From positions 1 through 64,000 of the forward strand of contig JBNKOC010000025.1 of assembly GCA_050294405.1 (NCBI GenBank): a DNA stretch of 64,000 nt, read 5' to 3'. Positions within the stretch are counted from its first letter, which is position 1. Every line of letters starts with the position of its first letter. Below, in pieces: positions 49,270 to 58,947 of the stretch. A model generated the notes under the pieces. It was given only the letters and a program-made list of their open reading frames with translations. It was not told where the DNA came from and made no database searches. The position numbers and the translations under genes are program-made. The stretch is from Fibrobacteria bacterium. GTDB lineage: Bacteria; Fibrobacterota; Fibrobacteria; UBA11236; JADFYW01.

Positions 49270-49784
49270 AAACCCTTAAAAATATTCGTATAGGCACTGA
49301 GGGCCGTTTCATTGTAGCAGTAAAAATACATCTTTAGGGGCGTATCATTTTGCTGGATGAACCGCTTGGCATTTTCAAGCGCTATCTGGGCGGCGGCTTC
49401 CATGGGATATCCAAAAATGCCAGCGCTAATAGCTGGGAAGGCGATAGTGGCTATGTTATTTTCCAATGCTTTTTTAAAGCAGTTTACATAGCAGGATTTT
49501 AAAAGCTCAGCTTCTCCCTTAGTTCCGCCATCCCATACAGGCCCTACGGTATGGAATACATACTTCGCAGATAGATTAAAGCCCGGAGTTATCCGGACCC
49601 CTCCGGTGGGGCAGCCTCCCAATTTTTTACAGGCTTGCAAAAGTTCCGGGCCAGCGGCCCCATGTATGGCGCCATCTACTCCTCCGCCACCTAAGAGCGA
49701 AGAGTTGGCGGCATTTACGATAGCATCTACCGCAGCTGCGGTAATGTCACCTTGAATAATTTTAATTCTGTTTTTGCTAATCAT
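49260..49784 (-). CDS. Macro domain O-acetyl-ADP-ribose deacetylase
   Basis: [29 protein letters not shown] and [12 protein letters not shown]. Confidence 0.93.
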   Translation of the reverse strand: MISKNRIKIIQGDITAAAVDAIVNAANSSLLGGGGVDGAIHGAAGPELLQACKKLGGCPTGGVRITPGFNLSAKYVFHTVGPVWDGGTKGEAELLKSCYVNCFKKALENNIATIAFPAISAGIFGYPMEAAAQIALENAKRFIQQNDTPLKMYFYCYNETALSAYTNIFKGLWK

Positions 49785-49840
49785 ACTAAAGTATTGGATG
49801 CATACCTTTAAAAGTAAAATTAAGCTCTAAAATTTTGCGC

Positions 49841-49870
49841 AAAAAAAACAGCCTGCGAAAGCAGGCTGTT
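49841..49870 (-). terminator. Intrinsic terminator after amtB
   Basis: aacagcctgc-gaaa-gcaggctgtt stem-loop with a T run on the minus strand. Confidence 0.85.
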
Positions 49871-49897
49871 AAAAACTTTAAAATTTTTTGCTTCGAA

Positions 49898-51223
49898 TTA
49901 GTGCAGTTCGCTCTTAACGAAATCGGAGTAGGCATCCATTCCGTGTTCACCTTTATCAAGGCCGCCCACTTCTTCTTCCTCGCTAACCCTAAGACCCATA
50001 ACAGCCTTAATGCCATAGAAAAAGATGAAGGCGAAACCGGCGCAGAATACACCGTAAGAGATAACTCCCAAGAACTGAGTGCCAAGCTGTTTGATAGAGG
50101 CCATGTCGCCGAAAATACCTACAGCCAGGGTTCCCCAAATTCCGCACACTAAGTGAACAGAAATGGCTCCCACAGGGTCATCAATTTTGATTTTGTCAAA
50201 GAACATTACTGAGAATACCACAATGATGCCAGCGACTATGCCAATAGCCATAGATTCATGCAGGTTCATTTGATCGGCACCAGCTGTAATGCCAACTAAG
50301 CCGGCTAATATTCCGTTCAAGCCCATGGAAAGGTCGGGTTTTTTGGAAGTGAACCAGGAAGTAAACATGGCGGCCAATCCACCGGCAGCAGCAGCTACGC
50401 AAGTAGTCATAAGAGTTAAGCTAACCAAACCAGGGTCGGCGCTTAGTACGGAACCGCCGTTAAATCCGAACCATCCCAGCCAGAGCAAGAAGGTTCCGAT
50501 GGCAGCTAAAGGTAAGCTGTGACCGGGAATAGGTTTGATTCCGCCTTTAGTGTATTTGCCTAAACGGGGGCCTAATACGAGGGCTCCTGCAAGCGCTCCC
50601 CATCCGCCAACACCGTGTACAAGTGTGGAACCGGCAAAGTCATAAAAGCCTTTGGCATCTAACCAACCGCCGCCCCATTTCCAGGAACCAGCAATAGGAT
50701 AAATGAAGGTTACATAAAGTACTGTGAATACCATGAAAGAGCTCAATTTGATTCTTTCAGCAACAGCACCAGATACGATAGTAGCCGCTGTGGCTGCAAA
50801 CATACCCTGGAACACAAAGTCCGTCCAGTAGGTGTATCCGCCGGAAGCGTAATCTACAGTTAAGCCGTTTTCAGGCAGGTTTAACCATACTCCGGAAGCT
50901 AATCCAAGAAAGCCGTTAAAATCGCCAGGATACATTAAGGCGAACCCAATGTATGCATAGCTGATAACGCCGAAACAAACGATGAAAACGTTTTTGAATA
51001 AAATATTTACAGTATTTTTTTGTCTGGTCAAGCCTGTTTCAAGGGTGGCAAATCCCAGGTGCATTATAAACACCAAGCCAGCGGATAACATCATCCAGAC
51101 GTTATTTGCTGTAAACAGTGCTGTTGATACGGGTTCGTCCGCTAATGCCATGGTTGGGAAAAGCAGAGCAAGCCCCATAGCCCATAGGCCAATTTTTGTT
51201 AAGGGTTTTTTTCTGTGCCGCAT
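49898..51223 (-). CDS. amtB: Ammonium transporter
   Basis: FQGMFAATAATIVSGAVAER, DFAGSTLVH, WFGFNGGS and DDPVGAISVH. Confidence 0.95.
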   Translation of the reverse strand: MRHRKKPLTKIGLWAMGLALLFPTMALADEPVSTALFTANNVWMMLSAGLVFIMHLGFATLETGLTRQKNTVNILFKNVFIVCFGVISYAYIGFALMYPGDFNGFLGLASGVWLNLPENGLTVDYASGGYTYWTDFVFQGMFAATAATIVSGAVAERIKLSSFMVFTVLYVTFIYPIAGSWKWGGGWLDAKGFYDFAGSTLVHGVGGWGALAGALVLGPRLGKYTKGGIKPIPGHSLPLAAIGTFLLWLGWFGFNGGSVLSADPGLVSLTLMTTCVAAAAGGLAAMFTSWFTSKKPDLSMGLNGILAGLVGITAGADQMNLHESMAIGIVAGIIVVFSVMFFDKIKIDDPVGAISVHLVCGIWGTLAVGIFGDMASIKQLGTQFLGVISYGVFCAGFAFIFFYGIKAVMGLRVSEEEEVGGLDKGEHGMDAYSDFVKSELH

Positions 51224-51339
51224 ATGTCTCCTCTCAGTTACAATTAGATTCAGTTAAAGTTTTTAAATAATGAAATTGCCTTGTTTGAGCTCTGTTTTGG
51301 CTGAGCTTCACTTGACCAAAATTCATGTACTGCCAAAAA

Positions 51340-51356
51340 AGCAATATGTATACCAA
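51340..51356 (-). promoter_or_regulatory. Sigma-54 (-24/-12) promoter of amtB
   Basis: Minus strand TTGGTATACATATTGCT with exact GG-N10-GC spacing, about 117 nt upstream of the ATG. Confidence 0.65.
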
Positions 51357-51609
51357 GACAAGAAAGGGGCGATTTAGTGGTAAAAAAGGGTATTTTTGGG
51401 ATCTTTGGGATGACTGCTGGTTTTGATCCCAGTTAAAGTGTTAACCAGTGTTTTAAATATTGACAAATAATAACAATTTTCAATTTATACAAATTTTATT
51501 TGGGTTAAATGGATTTTTTGTCCCTTTTTATCCAGGTGGAAAATGACAAATTTTTAAAAATGGCTTTTTTAAAGGAAAATGGGCAGTCTTCATAAGTTAT
51601 TTTTAAACC

Positions 51610-52542
51610 ATGAAAAAAAGAATAGCCATAATTGGAACAGGTGCTGTAGGCGCTTTATATGGTTCGATTCTGGCAAAAAATGATCATGAATTGTTTTTCC
51701 TGGCTCGAAGCGATTATAAGCACATTGCTCAAAATGGCCTCAAAATCAAATCCAGGTATGGAGACATTCGTGTGGACAAGGTGAATGTGTATCAAAAATT
51801 AGAAGATTTACCTAGTTGCGACCTGGCCATTTTATCCACTAAAACCACCGCCAATTCAGGGCTTCTGCTGGAGTTATCCGAAAACGCCCGCAAATTTGAA
51901 AATATTATGATTTTGCAAAATGGGATTGGTTTTGAGGAAAAGTTGGGACAGTATGTGGAAGCTCAAAAAATTATTGGAGCTACCTGTTTTATTTGCTCCA
52001 GCAAAATTGGCCCAGGTTATATACATCACCAGGATTATGGAAGCATCAAGTTAGCTCCCTTCGCAGAATCTTCGGCCTTAGCTTCCCAAATGTGGAAGAA
52101 GCTTTTTGAAGAAGCTGGCCTGGAGGTGATATATTCTGAAAATTTAAAGAAGGAACGGTGGAAAAAATTATTCTGGAACATACCTTTTAACGGCCTTTCT
52201 GTGGTTTTGAACAGCACCACCCAGCCCTTGGTATCACAAAAACATACAAGCGCACTGATTTTAGATTTAATGGAGGAAGTGCGCCAAATGGCTTTCGCAT
52301 GTGGTGTAGAAGTAAAACAGAGTTTTATTGAAAAAATGTTTGTTGACACCCAAAAAATGACGGATTATAAACCCAGTATGTATCTTGATTATATTAACCA
52401 GCGGGAACTGGAGTTGGAATACCTTTATGACATACCTTTGGAAATGGCAAAGGAAAAAAAATGTGAGGCACCAAAAGTAAGAGCCCTGGCCCAGCAGCTG
52501 CATTTTATCAATGAGAAATTAGCTTGGCAAAATCAACCATAA
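51610..52542 (+). CDS. panE: 2-dehydropantoate 2-reductase
   Basis: IIGTGAVG, LQNG, WKKLFWNIPFN and SMYLD...ELE. Confidence 0.88.
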   Translation: MKKRIAIIGTGAVGALYGSILAKNDHELFFLARSDYKHIAQNGLKIKSRYGDIRVDKVNVYQKLEDLPSCDLAILSTKTTANSGLLLELSENARKFENIMILQNGIGFEEKLGQYVEAQKIIGATCFICSSKIGPGYIHHQDYGSIKLAPFAESSALASQMWKKLFEEAGLEVIYSENLKKERWKKLFWNIPFNGLSVVLNSTTQPLVSQKHTSALILDLMEEVRQMAFACGVEVKQSFIEKMFVDTQKMTDYKPSMYLDYINQRELELEYLYDIPLEMAKEKKCEAPKVRALAQQLHFINEKLAWQNQP

Positions 52543-53321
52543 CAAACCCCAAAAAAGCCCCCGTGGTGGCCTTACTTACGGATTTCGGACTAAGCGACTG
52601 GTATGTGGGCGCTGTGAAGGCGGTGCTTTCCCATTGCAAAATACCCTTTCATTGCGTGGATATTAGCCATTCCATTAATCCTGGGGATATACATCAGGCG
52701 GATTTTGTTTTGGCCAATGTATATGAAAATTTTCCAAAGGGCACTATTTTTGTGGTGGTAGTGGACCCGGGGGTGGGGACGGAACGGCAGCCTCTTTGCA
52801 TAAAAACAGAAGACTACTTTTTTATCGGACCGGATAATGGAGTATTTACCCGCGTATTAAAAAAGGCTCAAAAAAAAGAATTGCGGAAAATAAAAGCAGT
52901 GAAAAACAATATAAGCCAAACCTTTCATGGCAGAGACATTTTTGCCCCTGCAGCCCTTTCTCTTTTAAAAGGCAAATCCTTTTCCTCTCTGGGAGGGCTT
53001 GTTTCTAACACCGTGGAACTTAAACAGCAAGGGCCTATTTTCAGACAAAAAAAAATAGAAGCAGAAATTATTTATATCGATAGCTTTGGAAATTGCATAA
53101 GCAATTTAAAACTTGATTCCAATAAGCAATGGAAGATAGCACAAGCTAGCTGCAGGGCTAAGAATTTTCCATTTAAAAACACTTATGGAGAAGTGGCCAT
53201 AAATAAAAACCTGTCTTTATGGGGCTCTTCCGGTTATCTTGAAGTGGCCGTCCACCAGGGAAGTGCAGCTGCCAAATACAAAATTAACCGGGGCGACAAA
53301 GTACAGGTTTTTTTGGGCTAA
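52524..53321 (+). CDS. SAM hydrolase / SAM-dependent halogenase family protein (DUF62)
   Basis: LLTDFG, VVDPGVG, GPDNG, TFHGRDIFAP and IDSFGN. Confidence 0.92.
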   Translation: MAKSTITNPKKAPVVALLTDFGLSDWYVGAVKAVLSHCKIPFHCVDISHSINPGDIHQADFVLANVYENFPKGTIFVVVVDPGVGTERQPLCIKTEDYFFIGPDNGVFTRVLKKAQKKELRKIKAVKNNISQTFHGRDIFAPAALSLLKGKSFSSLGGLVSNTVELKQQGPIFRQKKIEAEIIYIDSFGNCISNLKLDSNKQWKIAQASCRAKNFPFKNTYGEVAINKNLSLWGSSGYLEVAVHQGSAAAKYKINRGDKVQVFLG

Positions 53322-53328
53322 AAAAAAT

Positions 53329-54930
53329 ATGAAGTGGTTTGTTCGAAATGATATAGACGGCTTTTTCGGCCTTGCGTTGGATAACCTAATTCAGCTGTTG
53401 CTAATTGTGGGCCTTTGTTTAACAGTTTTGGGTTTTGGACCCCAACTGATTTTTGCCAAAATTCTTCCTGCTGCGGCCCTATCCCTAATTGTGGGCAATG
53501 TTTATTACAGTTACCTGGCGGTTAAGCTGGGAAAGGCAAATAATCGAAACGATTATTGCGCATTGCCTTACGGAATTAATACCCCATCCGTATTCATATA
53601 TGTTTTTTTAGTGATGTTGCCGGTAAAGTTAAAAGCGCTTGCCGATGGAATCCCCCCTGAGCAGGCTTCGGATTTAGCCTGGAAGGCTGGGCTCATTGCC
53701 TGTTTGGGTTCGGGGCTTATAGAATTTGCCGGTTCCTTTGTGGCTGAAAAAATCAGAAAATCGGCTCCCAGGGCGGCTATGTTATCTACCCTGTCGGGAA
53801 TAGCCCTGGGGTTTATCTCCCTACCCTTTTTGTTTAGAACTTTTGCCCATCCGGTGATTGGTTTTGTGACCCTTTCCATTATATTGGTGAGTTATTTTGG
53901 AAAAGTGCGGTTTAAGGGAAAGTTACCTGGAGGCTTGGTCGCTATTGCCGTAGGAATTGTGCTATCAAAAATTCCGGCTGTGGCTCCCAACGCCTTGTCT
54001 GCCCCAGTTTCCCTGGGCTTTTATTTCCCTTTTCCGGTTTTTGGGGATATTTACGAGGCGATTCAGCAGGGATTTTTTTCCCATTATCTAAGTGTCATTA
54101 TTCCCATGGGCGTATTTAATGTATTGGGCTCTTTACAAAACATCGAATCAGCCGAAGCGGCAGGAGATTCTTACCCAACGGGAAAAGCTCTTGCGGTAAA
54201 TGGCGCGGGCACACTGGTGGCAGGGTTATTTGGTTCTTGTTTTCCAACCACCATATACATCGGACATCCCGGTTGGAAGGGGTTAGGCAGCCGGGCAGGT
54301 TATTCCATACTAAACGCCATATTTATAACCATCATATGTTTCACTGGCACAGTAGGTCTTATCTTTAATTTTGTGCCCATCGAAGCGGGCATGGCTATTG
54401 TGCTATGGATTGGAATTGTTATTACGGCCCAGGCCTTTTCTGCAGTTTCCCGAAAGCATGTCCCAGCTTCGGTGTTGGGGGTATTAATTGGCGTGGGAGC
54501 CTGGGGTACCTTTATGGCAAAGGCGGGTATGCGGGTTGCCGATGGCGCTTTGGGAAATGGACTCATATGGAATCAAAAAATTTCGGAAATTTCCAACGGT
54601 TTTTTGGGTAGCGATATAAAAATAACCGGAGCATTTGCTTTGGAACAGGGATGTATTTTTTCTGCCATGATTTTTTCTGCAATCACCGTAATGATATTAG
54701 ACAGAAATTTTATAAAGGCTAGTCTGTGGAGTTTGGTGGGCGCACTGTTATCCCTGCTTGGTCTTACCCATGCATTTGAATGGGGAATAAAGGATGCTTT
54801 TTTGGATGTGTTCTCCCCTGCCTGGCCCTGGGTTTTCGGCTATTTGGCTATGGCCGTTTTTTTTGCCATAGCCAAGTTTGTTACTGTGGAAAACAGCGAA
54901 GCAGATTTTGAAAAGGATGTAATAGCCTAG
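53329..54930 (+). CDS. NCS2-like nucleobase permease
   Basis: DIDGFFGLALDN, ALPYGINT, QNIESAEAAGD and YIGHPGWK; many TM helices. Confidence 0.82.
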   Translation: MKWFVRNDIDGFFGLALDNLIQLLLIVGLCLTVLGFGPQLIFAKILPAAALSLIVGNVYYSYLAVKLGKANNRNDYCALPYGINTPSVFIYVFLVMLPVKLKALADGIPPEQASDLAWKAGLIACLGSGLIEFAGSFVAEKIRKSAPRAAMLSTLSGIALGFISLPFLFRTFAHPVIGFVTLSIILVSYFGKVRFKGKLPGGLVAIAVGIVLSKIPAVAPNALSAPVSLGFYFPFPVFGDIYEAIQQGFFSHYLSVIIPMGVFNVLGSLQNIESAEAAGDSYPTGKALAVNGAGTLVAGLFGSCFPTTIYIGHPGWKGLGSRAGYSILNAIFITIICFTGTVGLIFNFVPIEAGMAIVLWIGIVITAQAFSAVSRKHVPASVLGVLIGVGAWGTFMAKAGMRVADGALGNGLIWNQKISEISNGFLGSDIKITGAFALEQGCIFSAMIFSAITVMILDRNFIKASLWSLVGALLSLLGLTHAFEWGIKDAFLDVFSPAWPWVFGYLAMAVFFAIAKFVTVENSEADFEKDVIA

Positions 54931-55721
54931 GCTTCTTCAACCCTATCCCATCTCGTAGCGGAATCTATTTTTAGGGAGACGGGCTTTCCATTTACATAAA
55001 CATCAATTCCGTTTTGGCAATTTTCGGCTTTGGCAAAGCCGTTAATATAAAACCTCCTTGGAAACTCCGATGTATTCGCTTTGGATCCATGAACTAAATA
55101 GGGATTCCAGGCCAGAAGATCTCCCGCTTTTGCTGTTAATAAATTTACCTTACCCAAGTTTTGTATAACCTTTTGGTTTTGCTGATTGCTCTGCCAACCG
55201 GAATAGCCACCTTCCAATAAGGGCTTTTTGTGTAAATGGCTGCCGGGAAAAACTTCCAAAGCCCCGTTTTCCCTGGTGGAACTGTCCACTAAAATCCCTG
55301 TTTGGATAAAAGAATGAAATAAATCCTGGTAGGCCGCATCGGGTTTTCTAAAAGTACAGTCCTGGTGGTATTGAAAGCTGATTCCATCTCCAGGCATTTT
55401 CCAATGCATTTGGTTTACAACCTGTTTGATGTTTTTTCCAAATAATTCGGAACATATGTCAAAAAGTCCTGGATGTAATCTTATTTTATTTAACTCTTCA
55501 TTTATAGTTGAGGCCCATTTAACAAACTTTAAACTTTGGGAGCTGGAAGTCTTTTCAAATTTAAAGCAGCAATGACCAACATCCGTAGTTTTAGAGTATT
55601 TTTGCGATAAGCGGTAGATCTCTTCAAAAGCGGAGGTTAAGGAGATTAATTCTCTTTGGCTGAGAAAATTTTTAATGTGTAAAAAGCCTACTTCGCGGTA
55701 TTGTTGAAGCCAGGGGTTCAT
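54927..55721 (-). CDS. Phytanoyl-CoA dioxygenase family Fe(II)/2-oxoglutarate enzyme
   Basis: YHQD, ENGAL...PGSH and VHGS..N.S...RR. Confidence 0.88.
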   Translation of the reverse strand: MNPWLQQYREVGFLHIKNFLSQRELISLTSAFEEIYRLSQKYSKTTDVGHCCFKFEKTSSSQSLKFVKWASTINEELNKIRLHPGLFDICSELFGKNIKQVVNQMHWKMPGDGISFQYHQDCTFRKPDAAYQDLFHSFIQTGILVDSSTRENGALEVFPGSHLHKKPLLEGGYSGWQSNQQNQKVIQNLGKVNLLTAKAGDLLAWNPYLVHGSKANTSEFPRRFYINGFAKAENCQNGIDVYVNGKPVSLKIDSATRWDRVEEA

Positions 55722-55860
55722 TTAGAGCTCCATAGCATTTTTTTTGAATTAGAAAGACACATGTTTTTTGAATTTTTGCGGAAGGCTAACGTTTATATTA
55801 TACCACGAAAAAGGATTCCAATACCAAACAGGGATTGGCTTTGGTATAATCAAAGTTAAA

Positions 55861-57639
55861 ATGGCTGGAAAAAATTCTGCAAAAAAGCGTTTTTGGAGGG
55901 GTTATTTGCAATCCTGGCCCTCCTTCTTTTTTCTTTTAGGAAGATATAAAAAATTTTTTCTGGCCCTGATTTTAATGGGGGCCCTTGAAATAGGCCTACA
56001 GGCCAGCATTCGGTATGCAAGCCAGAAAATTATTGATGATGTATTGCCTCAAAAAAATTACACCCTGTTAATAATAACATGCTTTATTCTCGCCCTATTG
56101 GCTTTAAGCCAGGTGAGTTTGGGAGGGATTGGAGAGTGGTGGAGTAAAAAAATTGCCGGAAAATTTACAAACGGTCTTAAGAAAAAAGTTTTTAAAAAGA
56201 TTTTACAATTGCCTGTTGAAAAATCCTATGGCCATAAAATGGGGGATAGCTATACATTAATCCAAACCGATACAGAAAATGTGGGCGGTTTGCTTCAAGG
56301 CGGTTTTTTGGCGCCTATTAAGGGAATGCTAATGTTAATGGTGGGTATGGGGTTTATATTTTTGCTAAACCCCTTAGCAGGAGCCATTTATTTGGCCACC
56401 TGTGTATTGGCAACCTTCGCGGGACTTTGGTTTATATATAAAATGCGTTTTTTACAAAGCGATATGCGCAGCAAACTTTCCGAGCTAAACAGCAGTGTAA
56501 ACCAAAGTTTGTTGGGCGTATCGACCATTAAAAGTTTTTTAAAAGATCTTTATTTTGCCAGAAAAAATATGTCCGTAGCCCAGAGCTTTTTGCGCAGCCG
56601 CTTAAAATCGCAAATGTATAATATTGTAGTCCATAGGTTGAGTTGGCTGATTTACTGGATGTTTATCGTTTTGGCCTGGTTAATTGGCGGTAGTTTTTGG
56701 ATAAAGGGCCATATGAGCTTGGGGGAGTTGGTGGCTTTCCATTTTTTTGCCGACTTTATATTCGATCCCATATTTATGCTTATCCATTCCCTGGGCGAAA
56801 TTCAAACAGGCCTCATATCTTCAGAAAAAATCCACCAGTTATTGCTGGAGAAAAAAGATATATCGCGTCCCTTTGAAGGTGTGCGGGTTAATAAACTGGA
56901 TAAAGATATACATATTAAAAGCCTGAGTTACCAATATCCCAACGGAAATTATGCTTTAAACAATATTGAGACAAAAATCAGACTTGGGAAGTTTACTCTC
57001 ATTGCCGGACCCAGCGGCGCAGGTAAAAGTAGTTTGTTAAAATTATTAATACGCTTAATGCCGCCGACTCAAGGTGAAATTTTTATCGGTTCTTATAATC
57101 TCAGCGGAATTAACCTTGGATGTTTACGTGAGAAAATGGCCTGGGTGCCCCAGGATATTTGGTTAATGGATGGGAGTCTTTTAGACAATGTGGTTTTTGG
57201 AAATAAAAATATTAGCCGAAAAGATATAGAGGAAGCCTTGGAAATCTCTCAATGCACAGGATTTATATCAAGCTTGCCCAAGGGGCTGGATAATCAAGTG
57301 GGGGAGTTGGGGTACCAGTTATCCGGCGGCGAAAAGCAAAGAATTGCTTTGGCTCGGGCCCTGGTGCAAAAACCAGAATTATTGTTGCTGGATGAATTCA
57401 GTTCTGCCTTAGATCCAGGGCTGGAGTTAAAAATTTTGCAAGGGCTAAAGGAGCTTTGTCCCAAAACCACCATTGTGGCTGCGGCTCACAGGCAAAGTCT
57501 TTTAGAATTTGCCGATGACATTTTGATAATGGAAAATGGGTCTTTGGCCTCTGAGGAATCTTTGAATTATGCAGGGAACCGGTTATTTTTTAATCAGAAT
57601 TATGGTTTACCCCCAAATAATCGAAGAGCTAATAAATAA
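55861..57639 (+). CDS. ABC exporter, fused permease and ATPase
   Basis: TM domain, GPSGAGKS, LSGGEKQR, LLLLDE and AHR. Confidence 0.92.
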   Translation: MAGKNSAKKRFWRGYLQSWPSFFFLLGRYKKFFLALILMGALEIGLQASIRYASQKIIDDVLPQKNYTLLIITCFILALLALSQVSLGGIGEWWSKKIAGKFTNGLKKKVFKKILQLPVEKSYGHKMGDSYTLIQTDTENVGGLLQGGFLAPIKGMLMLMVGMGFIFLLNPLAGAIYLATCVLATFAGLWFIYKMRFLQSDMRSKLSELNSSVNQSLLGVSTIKSFLKDLYFARKNMSVAQSFLRSRLKSQMYNIVVHRLSWLIYWMFIVLAWLIGGSFWIKGHMSLGELVAFHFFADFIFDPIFMLIHSLGEIQTGLISSEKIHQLLLEKKDISRPFEGVRVNKLDKDIHIKSLSYQYPNGNYALNNIETKIRLGKFTLIAGPSGAGKSSLLKLLIRLMPPTQGEIFIGSYNLSGINLGCLREKMAWVPQDIWLMDGSLLDNVVFGNKNISRKDIEEALEISQCTGFISSLPKGLDNQVGELGYQLSGGEKQRIALARALVQKPELLLLDEFSSALDPGLELKILQGLKELCPKTTIVAAAHRQSLLEFADDILIMENGSLASEESLNYAGNRLFFNQNYGLPPNNRRANK

Positions 57640-58141
57640 TTCAGGCCCCAGCCCTCTAGGCCCGGGAAAGCCAGCGTCTCAATCCAATAAACTCACAGAA
57701 GCCCAAAAATTGTTCTCAACCATGAGCGGTAAAAATTACGCCCGTTGTTGTGCGGCAGCTTTGCTTTTAAGATTGGATGACCTGGATGGAGCACACGATT
57801 TGGTTAATTCGGTTCACAGCGCTGAGGGCAGTTATTGGCATGGTTTAATGCATAGGCGCGAGCCCGATATTCACAACAGCAATTACTGGTTTAAAAAGGT
57901 ATCCGTCCATCCTATTTTCGAAGCCCTTCGCTTTGAGGCTATAAAGCATTCTCATAAATACGGATTGTCCAAATCTATTTTAGACTCTCTGAATGCCCCT
58001 GATTGGGACCCTTATTTTTTTAACTCTTTATGCGAGAAATCACGGGAAAAAAATAACCCATTGGAAAAATTTTGTATGGATGTACAGGAAGAAGAGTGGA
58101 AACTATTATTCCAATACTGTTACGAAAATGCCCGCCAATAA
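57602..58141 (+). CDS. Conserved hypothetical protein
   Basis: DDLDGAH...GSYWHGLMHRREPD..NS.YWF and final EWKLLF recall an uncharacterised conserved family. Confidence 0.75.
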   Translation: MVYPQIIEELINNSGPSPLGPGKPASQSNKLTEAQKLFSTMSGKNYARCCAAALLLRLDDLDGAHDLVNSVHSAEGSYWHGLMHRREPDIHNSNYWFKKVSVHPIFEALRFEAIKHSHKYGLSKSILDSLNAPDWDPYFFNSLCEKSREKNNPLEKFCMDVQEEEWKLLFQYCYENARQ

Positions 58142-58180
58142 AATTATGCGGCATAATTTTTAAACTTATGGGGAACTCAA

Positions 58181-58341
58181 AAAATTGATGATCGTGACAT
58201 TAGACGAGGCGTTTGAAGAGGAACCGAAGCGGAACGCGAGCTTGAAGGAGCCAAACGACGCCCAAAAACCGGAGTTTACTACCTGTAAATGAGGGCTTTG
58301 ACGATGAAAACAACGACGTATCATGTCACGAGGGCGATTTT
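58181..58341. mobile_element. MITE/REP-like element with imperfect terminal inverted repeats, copy 3 (most complete)
   Basis: Ends aaaattgatgatcgtgacattagacg and cgtatcatgtcacgagggcgatttt; internal gtttac...gtaaat hairpin; shares blocks with 3397-3473 and 44071-44185; no ORF. Confidence 0.6.
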
Positions 58342-58368
58342 AAAACTTTAAAATATAACGAGGATATT

Positions 58369-58947
58369 ATGGAAGTAACATCACAAATGTTAGAACTAGG
58401 AACCATGGCTCCTGATTTTACTCTACTGGATGTGGTTAGTAACAAAGAGCTTTCTCTTAAGGATGTTGCCGGTGAAAAAGGTCTTTTGGTTGCCTTTATT
58501 TGCAACCACTGTCCCTTTGTGGTTCATGTGCAGGAAGAGCTCAGTCGCTTGAGTAAAGAGTATCCGCCCCGGGGGATTGCCATGGTGGGCATATGTTCCA
58601 ACAATATTGATACGCATCCTGCGGACAGTCCCGAAAAAATGGCTCTTAGAGCCAAAGAGGCGGATTATCATTTTCCTTATTTGCACGATGCCACTCAGGA
58701 TGTAGCCAAAAGCTATAAGGCGGCTTGCACCCCTGACCTATTTTTATTTGATGGGGATTTGCGCTTGTATTACCGGGGCCAAATAGATGATAGCCGGCCC
58801 TCTAATGGAATGGAAGTTACAGGGAAAGATATCAGAGAGGCAATGGAAAGTATGTTAGCCTTAAAACCAGCTCCCAGTTTACAAAAACCCAGCATAGGAT
58901 GTAACATCAAATGGAAGCCGGGCAACGCCCCCGATTATTTTGGATAA
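58369..58947 (+). CDS. Thioredoxin-fold / AhpC-TSA family protein
   Basis: FICNHCPFV, AACTPD, YRGQIDD and SIGCNIKW. Confidence 0.92.
   Translation: MEVTSQMLELGTMAPDFTLLDVVSNKELSLKDVAGEKGLLVAFICNHCPFVVHVQEELSRLSKEYPPRGIAMVGICSNNIDTHPADSPEKMALRAKEADYHFPYLHDATQDVAKSYKAACTPDLFLFDGDLRLYYRGQIDDSRPSNGMEVTGKDIREAMESMLALKPAPSLQKPSIGCNIKWKPGNAPDYFG

Noticed and set aside
52524..57639. Halogenated natural product cluster (SAM halogenase, dioxygenase, ABC exporter)
   Set aside because: The DUF62 protein has the hydrolase-type HGRD motif and there is no scaffold-building enzyme or precursor peptide.
3397..58341. CRISPR array or tRNA interpretation of the repeats
   Set aside because: The copies are dispersed, not regularly spaced, and show no cloverleaf; no cas genes are present.
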